DNA of 64,000 nucleotides from Gemmatimonadales bacterium (GTDB lineage Bacteria > Gemmatimonadota > Gemmatimonadetes > Gemmatimonadales > GWC2-71-9). The notes below the pieces were generated by a model. It was not told the DNA's origin, ran no database searches, and saw nothing but the letters and a program-made list of their open reading frames with translations. Position numbers and translations under genes: made by a program. Numbering within the stretch: position 1 is the stretch's first letter; each line of letters starts with the position of its first letter. The stretch is taken from the NCBI GenBank assembly GCA_041613315.1, contig JBFJHJ010000003.1:32001-96000 (forward strand), in the 5' to 3' direction. Positions 49,216-59,634 of the stretch are shown one piece after another.

Positions 49216-50306
49216 AGCCACCCGGCTCCCCCCTGCGGCAGCGGGCGCACGCCGTCGGACGTCACGACCCCCAGCACCTCACCACCGTCCTGCTTGTACC
49301 CGAGCAGGACGTGCCGCCGCAGGTTGCGGCCCGGACGCCCCTGATTGGCGATCCCAACCGTGGGCATGCGGATCCACCAGTCCCGCACGATCCATGCGCC
49401 GGAAGGTAGTCGGGCGAACCCGACCCGTCCGCCCACGTGCTCCGAGGGGATGTCGAAGGGCAGGGAGGTATAGCCGAACTCCAACTCTCGGAGTTCGGCC
49501 GTCGTGCGATCGAGCCACAGCGCGCCGCTGACGTCCGGCACGTTCCGCCCGCGAACCGGGTCGAACGCCAGGCCGATCCGTCCGTCGCGGTCCCCGGCGC
49601 CTTCGATCGCGCGGAAGCAATGGGTGGCGAGGAACGGTTCGGAGAAGATCACCTCGGCGTCCGGCGCGTGATACCACCAGGCCCCGTCCTGGCGGTAGAC
49701 GTAGCCGCGGCTGGCCAGCTGCTGGGCGTCGATGCTGCGGAAGGGCGCGAGGCTGTAGGCGTCCGTGACGACGCTGTCTTCGCGCAGGCGCCGCCGCCGC
49801 CGGTCGAGGTCGCGCTCGTAGCGCTTGATCCGGAACTTGAGGCTGCGCCGCTGCTCGTTCCACCGGACCGCCATGAGGCCCTTGCGCGCTTCTTCCCACA
49901 GCGCCGCCATCGCGGCGCCCTCGTCCGGCTGCCCGCCGCAGACGCGGTCGCCCGTCACGACCACGGCGGCGAGCACCACCGGTGGCGCTGGGTTGTCCAA
50001 GGCGTACTCCAGGGTCTCGCCGAGTTGGATTTGGATGAGCGGCGACGTCCACGACCGCAGCCCGATCACCTCCGTGCGGAGCCGGTACCACCCGGCGCGT
50101 GGGGCGACCAGCACGTAGGCGCCAACGTCGTCGGTCAATGTGCGGCCGCGCTCAATGCCGGCCGTATCCAACAGGACGACAAAGCCGCCGGCGAGGGGCC
50201 GGCCCGAGAGGGCCTCCACCAGCGTGCCGTGAATCGTCTGCGCGGTGGCTGGCGGGGCCGCGACCGCAGCCGCCACCAACGCCGCGGCCATCCACCGCCC
50301 GTGCAT
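49212..50306 (-). CDS. Exported protein with carboxypeptidase-regulatory-like N-terminal domain
   Basis: Signal peptide, TIHGTLVE..SGRPL.G..V.L, TDD.G.Y.L. Confidence 0.7.
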   Translation of the reverse strand: MHGRWMAAALVAAAVAAPPATAQTIHGTLVEALSGRPLAGGFVVLLDTAGIERGRTLTDDVGAYVLVAPRAGWYRLRTEVIGLRSWTSPLIQIQLGETLEYALDNPAPPVVLAAVVVTGDRVCGGQPDEGAAMAALWEEARKGLMAVRWNEQRRSLKFRIKRYERDLDRRRRRLREDSVVTDAYSLAPFRSIDAQQLASRGYVYRQDGAWWYHAPDAEVIFSEPFLATHCFRAIEGAGDRDGRIGLAFDPVRGRNVPDVSGALWLDRTTAELRELEFGYTSLPFDIPSEHVGGRVGFARLPSGAWIVRDWWIRMPTVGIANQGRPGRNLRRHVLLGYKQDGGEVLGVVTSDGVRPLPQGGAGWL

Positions 50307-50490
50307 GGTACCTCCGCTCCCCCTGAAGTCCACGCTATGCCGGCGCCGCCGGGGGGTCAACCGCCTTGTGGATGCTCCCTCGGCGGCCGGTTGTGCCGTG
50401 TCGCGTGCTCTAATAACTTTCTCGGGCCAACCCAGCGCCATTGCAGTAATCGCATGGCCGACCAGTCGACGCTTTCGTCTGCGAGCCAGC

Positions 50491-51042
50491 ATGCCGACGA
50501 TGCACCCGGCGACGCACGGTCGTGCTCCCTCGGACCCGACCACGCACGTGGCGCATGCCTCCCCGGCCGGCGCCGCCCGACCGCTCGATGCGGATAGCTC
50601 GTATACCATCCAGGTCTGGGATGCCGAGTGTTACGCGGTGTTCGGTGAGGGGCGGGATCCGGTACCCTGCCCAGCGTGTGGCCGCACCGGCTTCTACGGC
50701 CCGCGCATCGCCGAACCCGCCGAACGCTACCGGGCATGCCGGTTCTGCGGGTTCACGCAACACGTGGGCGGTCGCCCCGAGCGCTACCAGCCAACCGTCC
50801 ACGGCTGCGACGGATGGCCGGAGTGTGCGCGCGCACCCTACATCTGGTGGGTCCCCCCGAACCGGACGGCGTACACCTGCAGCCACTGCGCCAAGCGCGT
50901 CGCCGTTGCCGACCACGTGGTGGCGGCGCCTGCCGCCGACTCCCGGCACCCATGGTGGAAAGTGCCGCAGCACCGCACGCGCGCGTACTACCGCCGCTTC
51001 TGGGAGAACTGGCCCGTCAGCAAGGGCCGCATCTACCTGTAG
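50491..51042 (+). CDS. Hypothetical multi-CxxC (zinc-finger) protein; start uncertain
   Basis: CPAC, CRFC, HGC..C, CSHC. Confidence 0.55.
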   Translation: MPTMHPATHGRAPSDPTTHVAHASPAGAARPLDADSSYTIQVWDAECYAVFGEGRDPVPCPACGRTGFYGPRIAEPAERYRACRFCGFTQHVGGRPERYQPTVHGCDGWPECARAPYIWWVPPNRTAYTCSHCAKRVAVADHVVAAPAADSRHPWWKVPQHRTRAYYRRFWENWPVSKGRIYL

Positions 51043-51068
51043 CGCACCCGCCGCGCGCGCGGTCCAAC

Positions 51069-51097
51069 TTGCCGTGCCTCAGGCCCGCCGCTAACCT
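51069..51097 (+). promoter_or_regulatory. Candidate sigma70 promoter for icd-pepA
   Basis: TTGCCG-N17-TAACCT. Confidence 0.55.
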
Positions 51098-51277
51098 TAG
51101 GGCCGCCGACGCCTTCGCGGCGCCGGCGTTGCGTTCGCCTGACCTCAACCGACAGCTTGAGCGGCCCCCGAGCGGCGCCGCCGCGGGGTGGGCCACGAGA
51201 CGTCCGTCGTCCCGAAGCCGCCGCCCCGGGGCGGGCAGCGTACCGCCACGGAGCGAGTGGGCGCCGACGGAGAACAC

Positions 51278-52504
51278 ATGGCTGGCACTCGAATCGATTG
51301 GCGGGACGGCCGCTACCACGTGCCGAACCACCCGCGCATCCCCTTCATCGAGGGCGACGGCATCGGGCCGGACATCTGGCACGCGGCCCGACGGGTCTTC
51401 GACGCGGCGGTCCGGCAGGTATCTGGCGGCTCGCGCGCCGTTGAGTGGGTGGAGATTCTAGCCGGCGAGAAGGCCCACCGTGAGACCGGCGAGTGGCTGC
51501 CGGAACCCACGCTCCGGGCCATTACCGACCACCGGATCGCCATCAAGGGCCCGCTCACGACTCCCGTGGGCGGGGGCATCCGCTCTCTGAACGTCGCGCT
51601 CCGCCAACTGCTCGACCTCTACGCATGTGTGCGGCCCGTCCGTTACTACCGGGGCGTCCCGTCGCCGATGAAGCAGCCGGAGAAGCTCGACGTCGTGATC
51701 TTCCGGGAAAACATCGAAGACGTCTACGCCGGCGTGGAATACCAGGCGGGGAGCCGCGAGGCGAACCGGCTCCGCAGCTTCCTCACCAGCGAGCTCGGCG
51801 CCACGATTCGCGAGGGCTCCGCCCTGGGCATCAAGCCGATGAGCGCCTTCAACAGCAAGCGCCTGGTCGCGAAGGCCATCGGCTACGCCCTCGCACGGGG
51901 CCGTACCTCGGTGACGCTCGTGCACAAGGGCAACATCATGAAGTTCACCGAGGGCGCGTTCCGCGACTGGGGGTACGAGGTCGCGAAAGAGGAGTTCGGC
52001 GACCGGACGATCCCGGAGGCCGAGTTAGGGTCACGCGCCGCCGCGGGCGGCAAGCGCCTGATCGTCAAGGACCGCATTGCGGACGCCATGTTCCAACAGG
52101 TGCTGCTGCGGCCGGATGAGTATGCGGTGATCGCGACCCCCAACCTCAACGGCGATTACCTGTCCGACGCATGCGCGGCGCAGGTGGGGGGACTCGGGAT
52201 GGCGCCGGGGGCCAACATGGGCGACGGGTATGCGGTGTTCGAGGCGACGCACGGGACGGCTCCCAAGTACGCCGGCCAGGACAAGGTCAACCCGGGGAGT
52301 CTCGTGCTCTCGGGGGCGCTGCTGTTCGAGGAACTGGGGTGGGACGACGTGGCCGCTGCCATCCGACGGGGCGTGGAAGCGGCCATCATGGCGGGCACGG
52401 TCACCTACGACCTGGCACGCCAGCTCGAGGGCGCCACGCAGGTGCCGACGTCGGGGTTCGCTGAAGCGATCATCCACCACCTCCCCGGATCAAAGGCCGC
52501 GTGA
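51278..52504 (+). CDS. icd: NADP-dependent isocitrate dehydrogenase
   Basis: [46 protein letters not shown]. Confidence 0.96.
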   Translation: MAGTRIDWRDGRYHVPNHPRIPFIEGDGIGPDIWHAARRVFDAAVRQVSGGSRAVEWVEILAGEKAHRETGEWLPEPTLRAITDHRIAIKGPLTTPVGGGIRSLNVALRQLLDLYACVRPVRYYRGVPSPMKQPEKLDVVIFRENIEDVYAGVEYQAGSREANRLRSFLTSELGATIREGSALGIKPMSAFNSKRLVAKAIGYALARGRTSVTLVHKGNIMKFTEGAFRDWGYEVAKEEFGDRTIPEAELGSRAAAGGKRLIVKDRIADAMFQQVLLRPDEYAVIATPNLNGDYLSDACAAQVGGLGMAPGANMGDGYAVFEATHGTAPKYAGQDKVNPGSLVLSGALLFEELGWDDVAAAIRRGVEAAIMAGTVTYDLARQLEGATQVPTSGFAEAIIHHLPGSKAA

Positions 52505-53991
52505 ACTCGTCCGTCAAAGTCGTCCCGCTCGATCGTGTGGCGGTGCCGCTGCTCGCCGTGGCGCTGGGTGAGGTGTCCAATCACAAGGTCCCGGGCTCCT
52601 TGCTCGCGCTGGACGCCGCCGCCGACGGTGAGCTCGGCCGGATGCTCGCGAGCGGTGACTTCACCGGCGCGAGGGACCAGGTCGCCGTGGCCTACCCGCG
52701 TCGGGGACCCAAGCGGTTGGTGCTGGTGGGATTGGGCAAGCCCGAGGAGATCACCCGCGGCGCCGTGCGTCGGGCGGCTGCCGTGGCGGCCCGTCGGGCG
52801 CTGGCCGTGGACGTGGACGCGATGGCGTTCCACCTCGCCCACGAGACACACGGCGGCGTCCCGCCGACCACCGTGGGGCAGGTCGTGGTCGAGGGGGCTG
52901 CTCAAGGCGGGTGGTCGTTCAGCGACCTCAAGGCCACGAACCGCAAGAAGCGACTCGGCAGTCTGGATATCATCGCCACGCGCGAGGATCGCAGCGAGAT
53001 CGAGCGCGGGCGCAAGATCGGTGGCGCGATCGCCGACGGCCATGCCCTGGCCCGGAACCTCCAGGCGCTTCCCGGCAACGTGTGCACGCCGTCCTACCTC
53101 GCTGAGATCGCCCGCCGGCTCGGCACGGCCTACAAGCTCAAGGTCACCGCGCTGGGCCGAGCGCAGTTGGAGAAAGCGGAGATGAACGGCCTCCTCGCCG
53201 TCGCGCAGGGCTCGCTCCAGGAGCCCCGCTTCATCACCCTCGAATACCGGGGGGGCGGCCGCGCGGCACCCGTGTGCTTCGTGGGGAAGGGGGTGACGTT
53301 CGATTCGGGCGGGATCTCCATCAAGCCGGCCGAGAAGATGGAAGACATGAAGTACGACATGTCCGGAGCCGCCGCGGTCCTCGGCCTGTTCGAAGCATTG
53401 GGACACCTCACCCCGAAGCTGAACGTCGTCGGCGTCATCCCCGCCACGGAGAACCTCCCGTCGGGTACGGCGATCAAGCCCGGCGACGTGATCCGCGCGC
53501 ACCTCGGCAAGAGCATCGAGATCGTGAACACCGACGCCGAGGGCCGCCTGATCCTGAGCGATGCGCTCTCCTACGTGCGGCGGTTCAAACCGGCCTGCGT
53601 GATTGACGCGGCGACGCTCACCGGTGCCGTCGTCGTCGGCCTGGGCCACCACGCCACCGGTCTCATGGGGAACGACGATCCGCTGCTGGACGAGGTGCGG
53701 CGGGCCGGGGAGCGCGCCGGAGAACGCTGCTGGCCGCTCCCGCTGTGGGACGAGTATCGCGAGCAACTCAGATCGGACATCGCGGACGTCAAGAACACCG
53801 GCGGCCGTCCCGCGGGTACGATCACGGCGGCGTGGTTCCTCCGGGAGTTCGTCGACGGCTACCCATGGGCGCACCTCGATATCGCGGGCACGGCGTACAC
53901 CGACAGCGATCGACCCGACCTGGCCAAGGGGCCGACCGGGGTGGGCGTCCGACTCTTCACCGAGTTCGTGCTGGGACGCGCCGGCGGGTGA
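52501..53991 (+). CDS. pepA: Leucyl aminopeptidase (M17)
   Basis: [26 protein letters not shown]. Confidence 0.95.
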   Translation: MNSSVKVVPLDRVAVPLLAVALGEVSNHKVPGSLLALDAAADGELGRMLASGDFTGARDQVAVAYPRRGPKRLVLVGLGKPEEITRGAVRRAAAVAARRALAVDVDAMAFHLAHETHGGVPPTTVGQVVVEGAAQGGWSFSDLKATNRKKRLGSLDIIATREDRSEIERGRKIGGAIADGHALARNLQALPGNVCTPSYLAEIARRLGTAYKLKVTALGRAQLEKAEMNGLLAVAQGSLQEPRFITLEYRGGGRAAPVCFVGKGVTFDSGGISIKPAEKMEDMKYDMSGAAAVLGLFEALGHLTPKLNVVGVIPATENLPSGTAIKPGDVIRAHLGKSIEIVNTDAEGRLILSDALSYVRRFKPACVIDAATLTGAVVVGLGHHATGLMGNDDPLLDEVRRAGERAGERCWPLPLWDEYREQLRSDIADVKNTGGRPAGTITAAWFLREFVDGYPWAHLDIAGTAYTDSDRPDLAKGPTGVGVRLFTEFVLGRAGG

Positions 53992-55745
53992 CGCGCCCCC
54001 GGCGGGCGACCGCTCTCGCCGCCGCCTGCGCTCTCGGCTTCCTCTGCACTACGGTTACCGGCCTCGCCCAGGACACGACCCGCGTCCAGGCCGATACCAG
54101 CCGACCCGCCCGCACCACGCCACCGCCGGAGCCGGCGGCCACGCCGGCCGGTCCGCTCGCGCCGGGGTCCCGCATGACCTTCACCCGGGACTCGCTGGTG
54201 TGGTCGGGCGCGCAGACGCTGGCGGATCTGCTGGGCAGGATTCCCGGCGTCCACGTCGCCCGTGCCGGTTTCCTCGGTCTTCCGGAGTATCTCCAGTACG
54301 GCGGCCGTGGCGGGTCGGCGCTCGAGGTGTTCTGGGACGGCGTACCGCTCGAGCCCCTCGGCACCGATTCCCTGTTCACCGACCCGGGGCGGATTCCCCT
54401 GAGCTACCTCGACCGCGTGGACGTCGAGGTGCTCCCGGCGGCGCTCCGCGTGCACCTCGTCTCCGAACGCCACAGTGGGCTCGAGCCCCGCACCATGGTG
54501 CGGATCATGTCGGGGGCCTTCCGCACCGGTGCCTACGTGGGGCTGTTCCAGCAGCGCTGGCCGAGCGGCATCGGGTTGAGCTTGGCGGGCGATTTCTTCG
54601 GGACGGACGGGTCGGCCGGACCCGGCCGGAGCGACCAGCGGTTTGACCTCTGGGCGAAGCTTGGCTGGCACCCGACGCCTCGCGTCGGCATGACCTACCA
54701 GCTCCGGCGACAGGACCATACCCGCACCGTCGTGAACAGTCCCACCGGCGCGCTGGCCGTGCCGCGGAGCGATGGGACACGGACGGACGTCTTGTTCGCC
54801 ATCGGGGCCGGCACGGCACCGCGAGGGCGGGGCGTGCGCGTGGACTTCGGGCTCGCGGCGAGCTCGTGGTCGTCCGACTCGGGGCTCGGGGTACCGGACC
54901 AGCAGTACCGCCAGGCGCATCTCGGCATGCGCGTCGCACAATCGACCTGGAGCGCCGAGGTCCGCGGCCGCGTCGCCGATGCCCGCACGCCGTATCAGCT
55001 GCAGGGGCGGGCGGGGTGGGTGCTGCTCCCCGGCGTCATCGTGAGCGGCGACGTGGACTGGCGGCGCCACGACGGCGGCCGGACCTCCGTCACCTTGCAT
55101 GGCGCCGCCGGCCTCTACCGGGGCCCCCTGTCGATCGTGGCGGAGGCCGCGCGGCGTGACGCCGTGCAGACGGCGGCGCTTCGCGACGACGCGCCGATCC
55201 TGACGACCGACCAGGCCGTGCGGGTCGGGCTCGAAACCGGCCCCCTCGGCGGGCGGGTCGCCCTCGTTCGGCGTGACGCTTTCGCTCCGCTCGCGTACCC
55301 CGATCTGCGCCTGATCCCGACGCTCGCGCCCTCGCCGGCAGCGACGTTCGTGGTGGCGTCGGCCTACATCCGTCCCAGTTCCGCGCTCACGCTCTCGGCG
55401 TGGTACGCCGACCCCGTCGAGGGAACGGCCGCGGGCCTGGAACCGCCGCGCCACGCCCGGGGGGAGATCACGCTGCGCTCCAAGTTCTGGCGCACGTTTC
55501 GCAGCGGGGCGTTCGACCTGAAGCTCACGGCGGCCATGGAATCGTGGAGCGCGGGGGCCGCCGGCGGGGCGGTCCCGCTCCCGGGGGCGACCTTCTACGA
55601 GATGTCCGTCCAGTTCCAGATCGTGGGGTTCGTCGGGTTCTGGGATCTCCGCAACGTGCGGCTGACCGACGCGGGCTACGTGCCGGGGCTGCCCTATCCC
55701 GGCAATGCCCAGACGTTCGGCGTGCGGTGGGAGTTCTCCAATTGA
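53988..55745 (+). CDS. Outer-membrane beta-barrel with TonB-plug-like domain
   Basis: Signal peptide, LADLLGRIPGV, VFWDGVP plug motifs, C-terminal FGVRWEF. Confidence 0.65.
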   Translation: MTRPRRATALAAACALGFLCTTVTGLAQDTTRVQADTSRPARTTPPPEPAATPAGPLAPGSRMTFTRDSLVWSGAQTLADLLGRIPGVHVARAGFLGLPEYLQYGGRGGSALEVFWDGVPLEPLGTDSLFTDPGRIPLSYLDRVDVEVLPAALRVHLVSERHSGLEPRTMVRIMSGAFRTGAYVGLFQQRWPSGIGLSLAGDFFGTDGSAGPGRSDQRFDLWAKLGWHPTPRVGMTYQLRRQDHTRTVVNSPTGALAVPRSDGTRTDVLFAIGAGTAPRGRGVRVDFGLAASSWSSDSGLGVPDQQYRQAHLGMRVAQSTWSAEVRGRVADARTPYQLQGRAGWVLLPGVIVSGDVDWRRHDGGRTSVTLHGAAGLYRGPLSIVAEAARRDAVQTAALRDDAPILTTDQAVRVGLETGPLGGRVALVRRDAFAPLAYPDLRLIPTLAPSPAATFVVASAYIRPSSALTLSAWYADPVEGTAAGLEPPRHARGEITLRSKFWRTFRSGAFDLKLTAAMESWSAGAAGGAVPLPGATFYEMSVQFQIVGFVGFWDLRNVRLTDAGYVPGLPYPGNAQTFGVRWEFSN

Positions 55746-55766
55746 CGTACCACAGGCGGCTCGGTT

Positions 55767-55795
55767 TTGACCGGCGTCCGGGCCCTCACTAGGTT
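55767..55795 (+). promoter_or_regulatory. sigma70 promoter for the yicC-gmk-rpoZ-coaBC run
   Basis: TTGACC-N17-TAGGTT. Confidence 0.6.
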
Positions 55796-55830
55796 TGGCA
55801 CCCGAGGACGGATCCGGAGCGAGTGACGAC

Positions 55831-56706
55831 GTGCCGAAGTCCATGACCGGCTACGGGGCGGCGGACGGGACGGTGAGCGGGGGACAGCTCGCCGTGGAGA
55901 TCCGCACGGTGAATCACCGGCATCTCAACGTCCACTTCAAGCTCCCGGGAGAGCTCCAACCGCTGGAACCCGACCTCCGCGCACAACTCAAGGCCCGGCT
56001 GGAGCGGGGCCACGTCTCGCTGAGCACGCGCTGGCTCGTGCGGACGCCGGCGGTAGCCACCGTCCGCGTCGATCTCGACCGCGCCCGCGCTGTCGTCGAG
56101 GCGCTACGCGAGTTGCGAGCCGCCCTGGAGCTGCCGGGCGAGCTGGACCTCGGCTTCGTGGCGCGTCAACCCGATGTGTTCACGAGCGGTCTCGAGGAGG
56201 CCGTGGACGTCGATCGCAGCGAGGTCGCGGCGCTCGTGGACCGCGCGCTCGACGGCGTGATCGAGATGCGGGTGCGGGAAGGGGCGGCCCTCAGCACAGA
56301 GCTGGAGAGCCGGCTCGCGGCGATCGACCAGCGGCTTCGCCTCGTGGAGGACCGGGCGCCGGCGCGCCTCGTGGCGGAGCGCGAGCGACTCCGCGCCGCG
56401 GTGGGCGCGCTCCTGGACGGCGCGCCCGTCGACGCGGCCCGCCTCGACCACGAGATCGCGCTGCTCGCCGACAAGCTCGACGTCACGGAGGAGATCGTCC
56501 GGCTTCGGACCCACCTGGCGGCAGCGCGGGAGGCCCTGGCGAGTGACGGCACGGTCGGCCGGCAACTCGCGTTCCTCGGTCAGGAGATGCTGCGCGAGAT
56601 CAACACGATCGGCGCCAAGGCCAACGATGCGACGATTGCCCAGCACGTGATCGCCATGAAGGGGGACCTGGAGAAGTACCGCGAGCAGGTGGAAAACGTG
56701 GAGTGA
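55831..56706 (+). CDS. yicC: YicC/YloC family endoribonuclease
   Basis: SMTGYG, TVNHR, DVTEEIVRL, REINTIGAK, REQVENVE. Confidence 0.93.
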   Translation: MPKSMTGYGAADGTVSGGQLAVEIRTVNHRHLNVHFKLPGELQPLEPDLRAQLKARLERGHVSLSTRWLVRTPAVATVRVDLDRARAVVEALRELRAALELPGELDLGFVARQPDVFTSGLEEAVDVDRSEVAALVDRALDGVIEMRVREGAALSTELESRLAAIDQRLRLVEDRAPARLVAERERLRAAVGALLDGAPVDAARLDHEIALLADKLDVTEEIVRLRTHLAAAREALASDGTVGRQLAFLGQEMLREINTIGAKANDATIAQHVIAMKGDLEKYREQVENVE

Positions 56707-57347
56707 CACCCTTCCTGCTCATCCTCTCCTCGCCGTCGGGCGGGGGAAAGACGACGATCGCCCGGACGCTCCTGGCGGCCCGCGACGACCTGGGGTACAG
56801 CGTCTCGGCCACCACGCGGTCGCCGCGTCCCGGTGAGCGGGACGGCGTGGACTATCACTACCTGACGGTCGAGGCGTTCGCGCGGCGAGAGGCGGCCGGG
56901 GAGTTCCTCGAGTCGGCCGAGTACAGCGGACACCGTTACGCGACGCTGCGCGCCGAGGTCGAGCGGGTGCTGGGGGAGAACCGGCACGTAGTGCTGGACA
57001 TCGAGGTGCAGGGCGCCCGGCAGATCCGTGCGCGCCGCGAAGACGTCGTGAGTATCTTTATCCTGCCGCCGTCCGCCGAGGCGCTGCTGGAGCGACTCGG
57101 GGGGCGCCGGTCGGACCGACCGGAGGCCGTCCGGCGGCGCCTCCGCCAGGCCGTGCAGGAGGTCGGGCAGGCGCTGACGTACGACTACGTCGTGATCAAT
57201 GACGACCGGGCGCAAGCGGTCTCAGAGGTCGCTACGATCATCGATGCGGAAGCCCGCCGGACGCGCCGGCTTCCGGATCTGAAGGACACGATCGCACAGT
57301 TGACCGCGGAGTTGGCCCGTCTCGCCGACGGGCTGTCCGCCCCATAG
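56703..57347 (+). CDS. gmk: Guanylate kinase
   Basis: SPSGGGKTT, SATTRSPRPGE.DG.DY. Confidence 0.95.
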   Translation: MTPFLLILSSPSGGGKTTIARTLLAARDDLGYSVSATTRSPRPGERDGVDYHYLTVEAFARREAAGEFLESAEYSGHRYATLRAEVERVLGENRHVVLDIEVQGARQIRARREDVVSIFILPPSAEALLERLGGRRSDRPEAVRRRLRQAVQEVGQALTYDYVVINDDRAQAVSEVATIIDAEARRTRRLPDLKDTIAQLTAELARLADGLSAP

Positions 57348-57356
57348 GAGCACACG

Positions 57357-57566
57357 ATGCGGATTATCACCCCCACCGAAGTGGCGAACCGCGCGGGCAA
57401 CAAGTACTTGGGCGTGCTGGTCGCCGCGAAGTTCGCCCGCTTTCTGAACGACTTCCCGCGCGACCGCTCGCTCGAGGAGAAAAAGCTGACGACGCGTTCC
57501 CTCGAAAACCTCACCTCGGGTGAGCTGACCTACCGCCTCGTGCGGCGACGCCGCCAGGAAACGTGA
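57357..57566 (+). CDS. rpoZ: RNA polymerase omega subunit
   Basis: NKYLGVLVAAK; lies between gmk and coaBC. Confidence 0.8.
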   Translation: MRIITPTEVANRAGNKYLGVLVAAKFARFLNDFPRDRSLEEKKLTTRSLENLTSGELTYRLVRRRRQET

Positions 57567-58756
57567 CGCTCGCCGGCCGGCGCGTCGTCCTGGGCGTGTC
57601 GGGCGGGATTGCGAGCTACAAGGCCTGCACGATCGCCCGGCGGCTCACTGAAGCGGGCGCGGCGGTGGAGGTGGTGCTCACGGCGGCCGCGGGGGAGTTC
57701 GTCCGGCCCGTGACGTTCGAAGCACTCACCGGGCGCCCGGTCCTGACTTCCTTCTGGGAGCGGGGTCGGGCGCTCGCGCATGTGCACCTGGCCCGTGAGG
57801 CGGAGTTGACCATCGTAGCCCCGGCCACCGCGAACCTCCTGGCCCGGACCGCCCAGGGGCTCGCGGACGATCTGCTGACGGCCATCCTGTTGGCGACGCG
57901 GGGGCCCGTGCTCGCGGCGCCGGCGATGAACGACGACATGTACGCCCATCCAGCCACGCAAGCCAACATCGCCACGCTCACCGGCCGAGGGTGGACCATG
58001 GTGGGGCCGGCGGTGGGGGCGCTCGCCGAGGGTCCCAGTGACCGGCCGGGACGGATGGTCGAGCCCGACGAGATCATCGCGCATGCGGAGCGCCTGCTCC
58101 GCGCACCCTCGAGCGCCCTCCGCGGCAAGCGCGTGCTGGTCACGGCGGGTCCGACGCGGGAGCATCTCGATGCAGTGCGGGTGATCACGAATCCGTCCAG
58201 CGGGCGGATGGGGTACGCCCTGGCCACCGCCGCGTTCGCGCGGGGTGCCGACGTGGTGCTCGTCTCGGGACCGACGACGTTGCCGGCGCCCCTGGGCGTC
58301 GAGCTCGTTCGGATCGCGTCCACCGAGGAGCTCCGTGACGCGGTCGCGAGCCGCGTGGGCGAGGCGGATGTGTTGATCATGGCCGCCGCGCCCGCCGACT
58401 TCCGTCCCGCACAGCGACGGCGTGGGAAGGCGGCGCGAACCGATGGCGGGGTTGCGCTCGACCTCGAGCCGACGCCCGACGTTCTGGAAAGCACCGCGCC
58501 CGCCCGGCGCAACGGAATCGTCACGGTCGGGTTCGCCCTCGAGACGGACGAGGGCCTGGAGCGGGCGCGGGCGAAGCTCGACCGCAAGCGCCTCGATCTC
58601 ATCGTGCTGAACCGGGCAAACGAGATCGGCAGCGGCTTCGAGACGGAGACCAACCGCGTGACGCTGATTTCGGCCGACGGAACCCGCGAGCTCGACCTGC
58701 TCCCCAAGCGGGAGGTCGCGGAACGGGTGCTCGACGCCGTCGAGGGGCGTCTGTGA
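57563..58756 (+). CDS. coaBC: Bifunctional phosphopantothenoylcysteine decarboxylase/synthetase
   Basis: GVSGGIASYK, APATAN, PAMN, TAGPTRE, N.SSGRMG, GFALET. Confidence 0.95.
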   Translation: MTLAGRRVVLGVSGGIASYKACTIARRLTEAGAAVEVVLTAAAGEFVRPVTFEALTGRPVLTSFWERGRALAHVHLAREAELTIVAPATANLLARTAQGLADDLLTAILLATRGPVLAAPAMNDDMYAHPATQANIATLTGRGWTMVGPAVGALAEGPSDRPGRMVEPDEIIAHAERLLRAPSSALRGKRVLVTAGPTREHLDAVRVITNPSSGRMGYALATAAFARGADVVLVSGPTTLPAPLGVELVRIASTEELRDAVASRVGEADVLIMAAAPADFRPAQRRRGKAARTDGGVALDLEPTPDVLESTAPARRNGIVTVGFALETDEGLERARAKLDRKRLDLIVLNRANEIGSGFETETNRVTLISADGTRELDLLPKREVAERVLDAVEGRL

Positions 58757-59634
58757 CCGAGGCCCGCCGCTTGCTCGCGCGTTACCTCGAGCAGCGCGAC
58801 GCCATGGCGGAGGGGCGGGTGGTCGTACCGGCCGCCGCACCCCGCGCCTCGACCTCGGAGGCCGGGCGGATAGGCGGTCAGCGGCAGGATCGCGCGAACG
58901 TCGCCCACGCCGCTCAAGCATCCGGGCCGCCCGGCCGCCCGGCCGCGCGTCCAGCGGACCGCGCGAGCGGGGACGCGGAGAGCGGCGCCCGCACCAAATG
59001 GAAACGGGGTGCCCCGCCGATTCCTGAACGCGGGCTCGTGATCGAGGCACCCGAGCGGGATCTCTTCAAGACGGACCCACTCGGGCGCGCGTCCCTCGAG
59101 GACGTCGCGGCGATCGTGCGCGCGTGCACGAAATGCCGCCTGTGTGAGGACCGGGCCCACGCCGTCCCCGGCGAAGGGCCGAGCGACGCGCGGCTCGTGG
59201 TCGTCGGCGAAGGCCCGGGCGCCGTCGAGGACGAGACGGGCCGGCCATTCGTTGGGCGCGCGGGCGAGCTCCTCACCGAGATCTTGGCCGCGATCAACCT
59301 TCCGCGGGAAGCCGTGTTCATCTGCAACATCGTGAAGTGCCGGCCGCCGAACAATCGCAAGCCCGCACACGACGAGATCGAGGCGTGCGTGACCTACCTG
59401 TACCGACAGCTTGATATCCTCCGGCCCAAGGTGATACTAGCAATGGGTGGGACGGCGGCCGAAACGCTGCTCGACACCAAGCAGTCACTCGGTGCGCTGC
59501 GGAATCGCGTGCACACGTTCCGCGGCACCCCGCTCGTCGTGACCTACCACCCGGCCGCGCTGCTCCGCAACCCCAACTGGAAGAAGCCCACGTGGGATGA
59601 CGTCCGTATCGCACGCCAGCTCCTCGATCAGTAG
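58753..59634 (+). CDS. Uracil-DNA glycosylase family 4 with N-terminal extension
   Basis: CTKC, VGEGPG..ED, PFVG, KCRPP.NR, TYHPAALLR. Confidence 0.9.
   Translation: MTEARRLLARYLEQRDAMAEGRVVVPAAAPRASTSEAGRIGGQRQDRANVAHAAQASGPPGRPAARPADRASGDAESGARTKWKRGAPPIPERGLVIEAPERDLFKTDPLGRASLEDVAAIVRACTKCRLCEDRAHAVPGEGPSDARLVVVGEGPGAVEDETGRPFVGRAGELLTEILAAINLPREAVFICNIVKCRPPNNRKPAHDEIEACVTYLYRQLDILRPKVILAMGGTAAETLLDTKQSLGALRNRVHTFRGTPLVVTYHPAALLRNPNWKKPTWDDVRIARQLLDQ
58865..58947 (+). repeat. Head-to-head degenerate octamer arrays in the udg linker
   Basis: GGCGGATA GGCGGTCA ... GGGCCGCC CGGCCGCC CGGCCGCG. Confidence 0.45.

Noticed and set aside
35307..51060. Genomic island integrated at tRNA-Leu
   Set aside because: No integrase, no visible duplication of the tRNA 3' end, no obvious compositional shift
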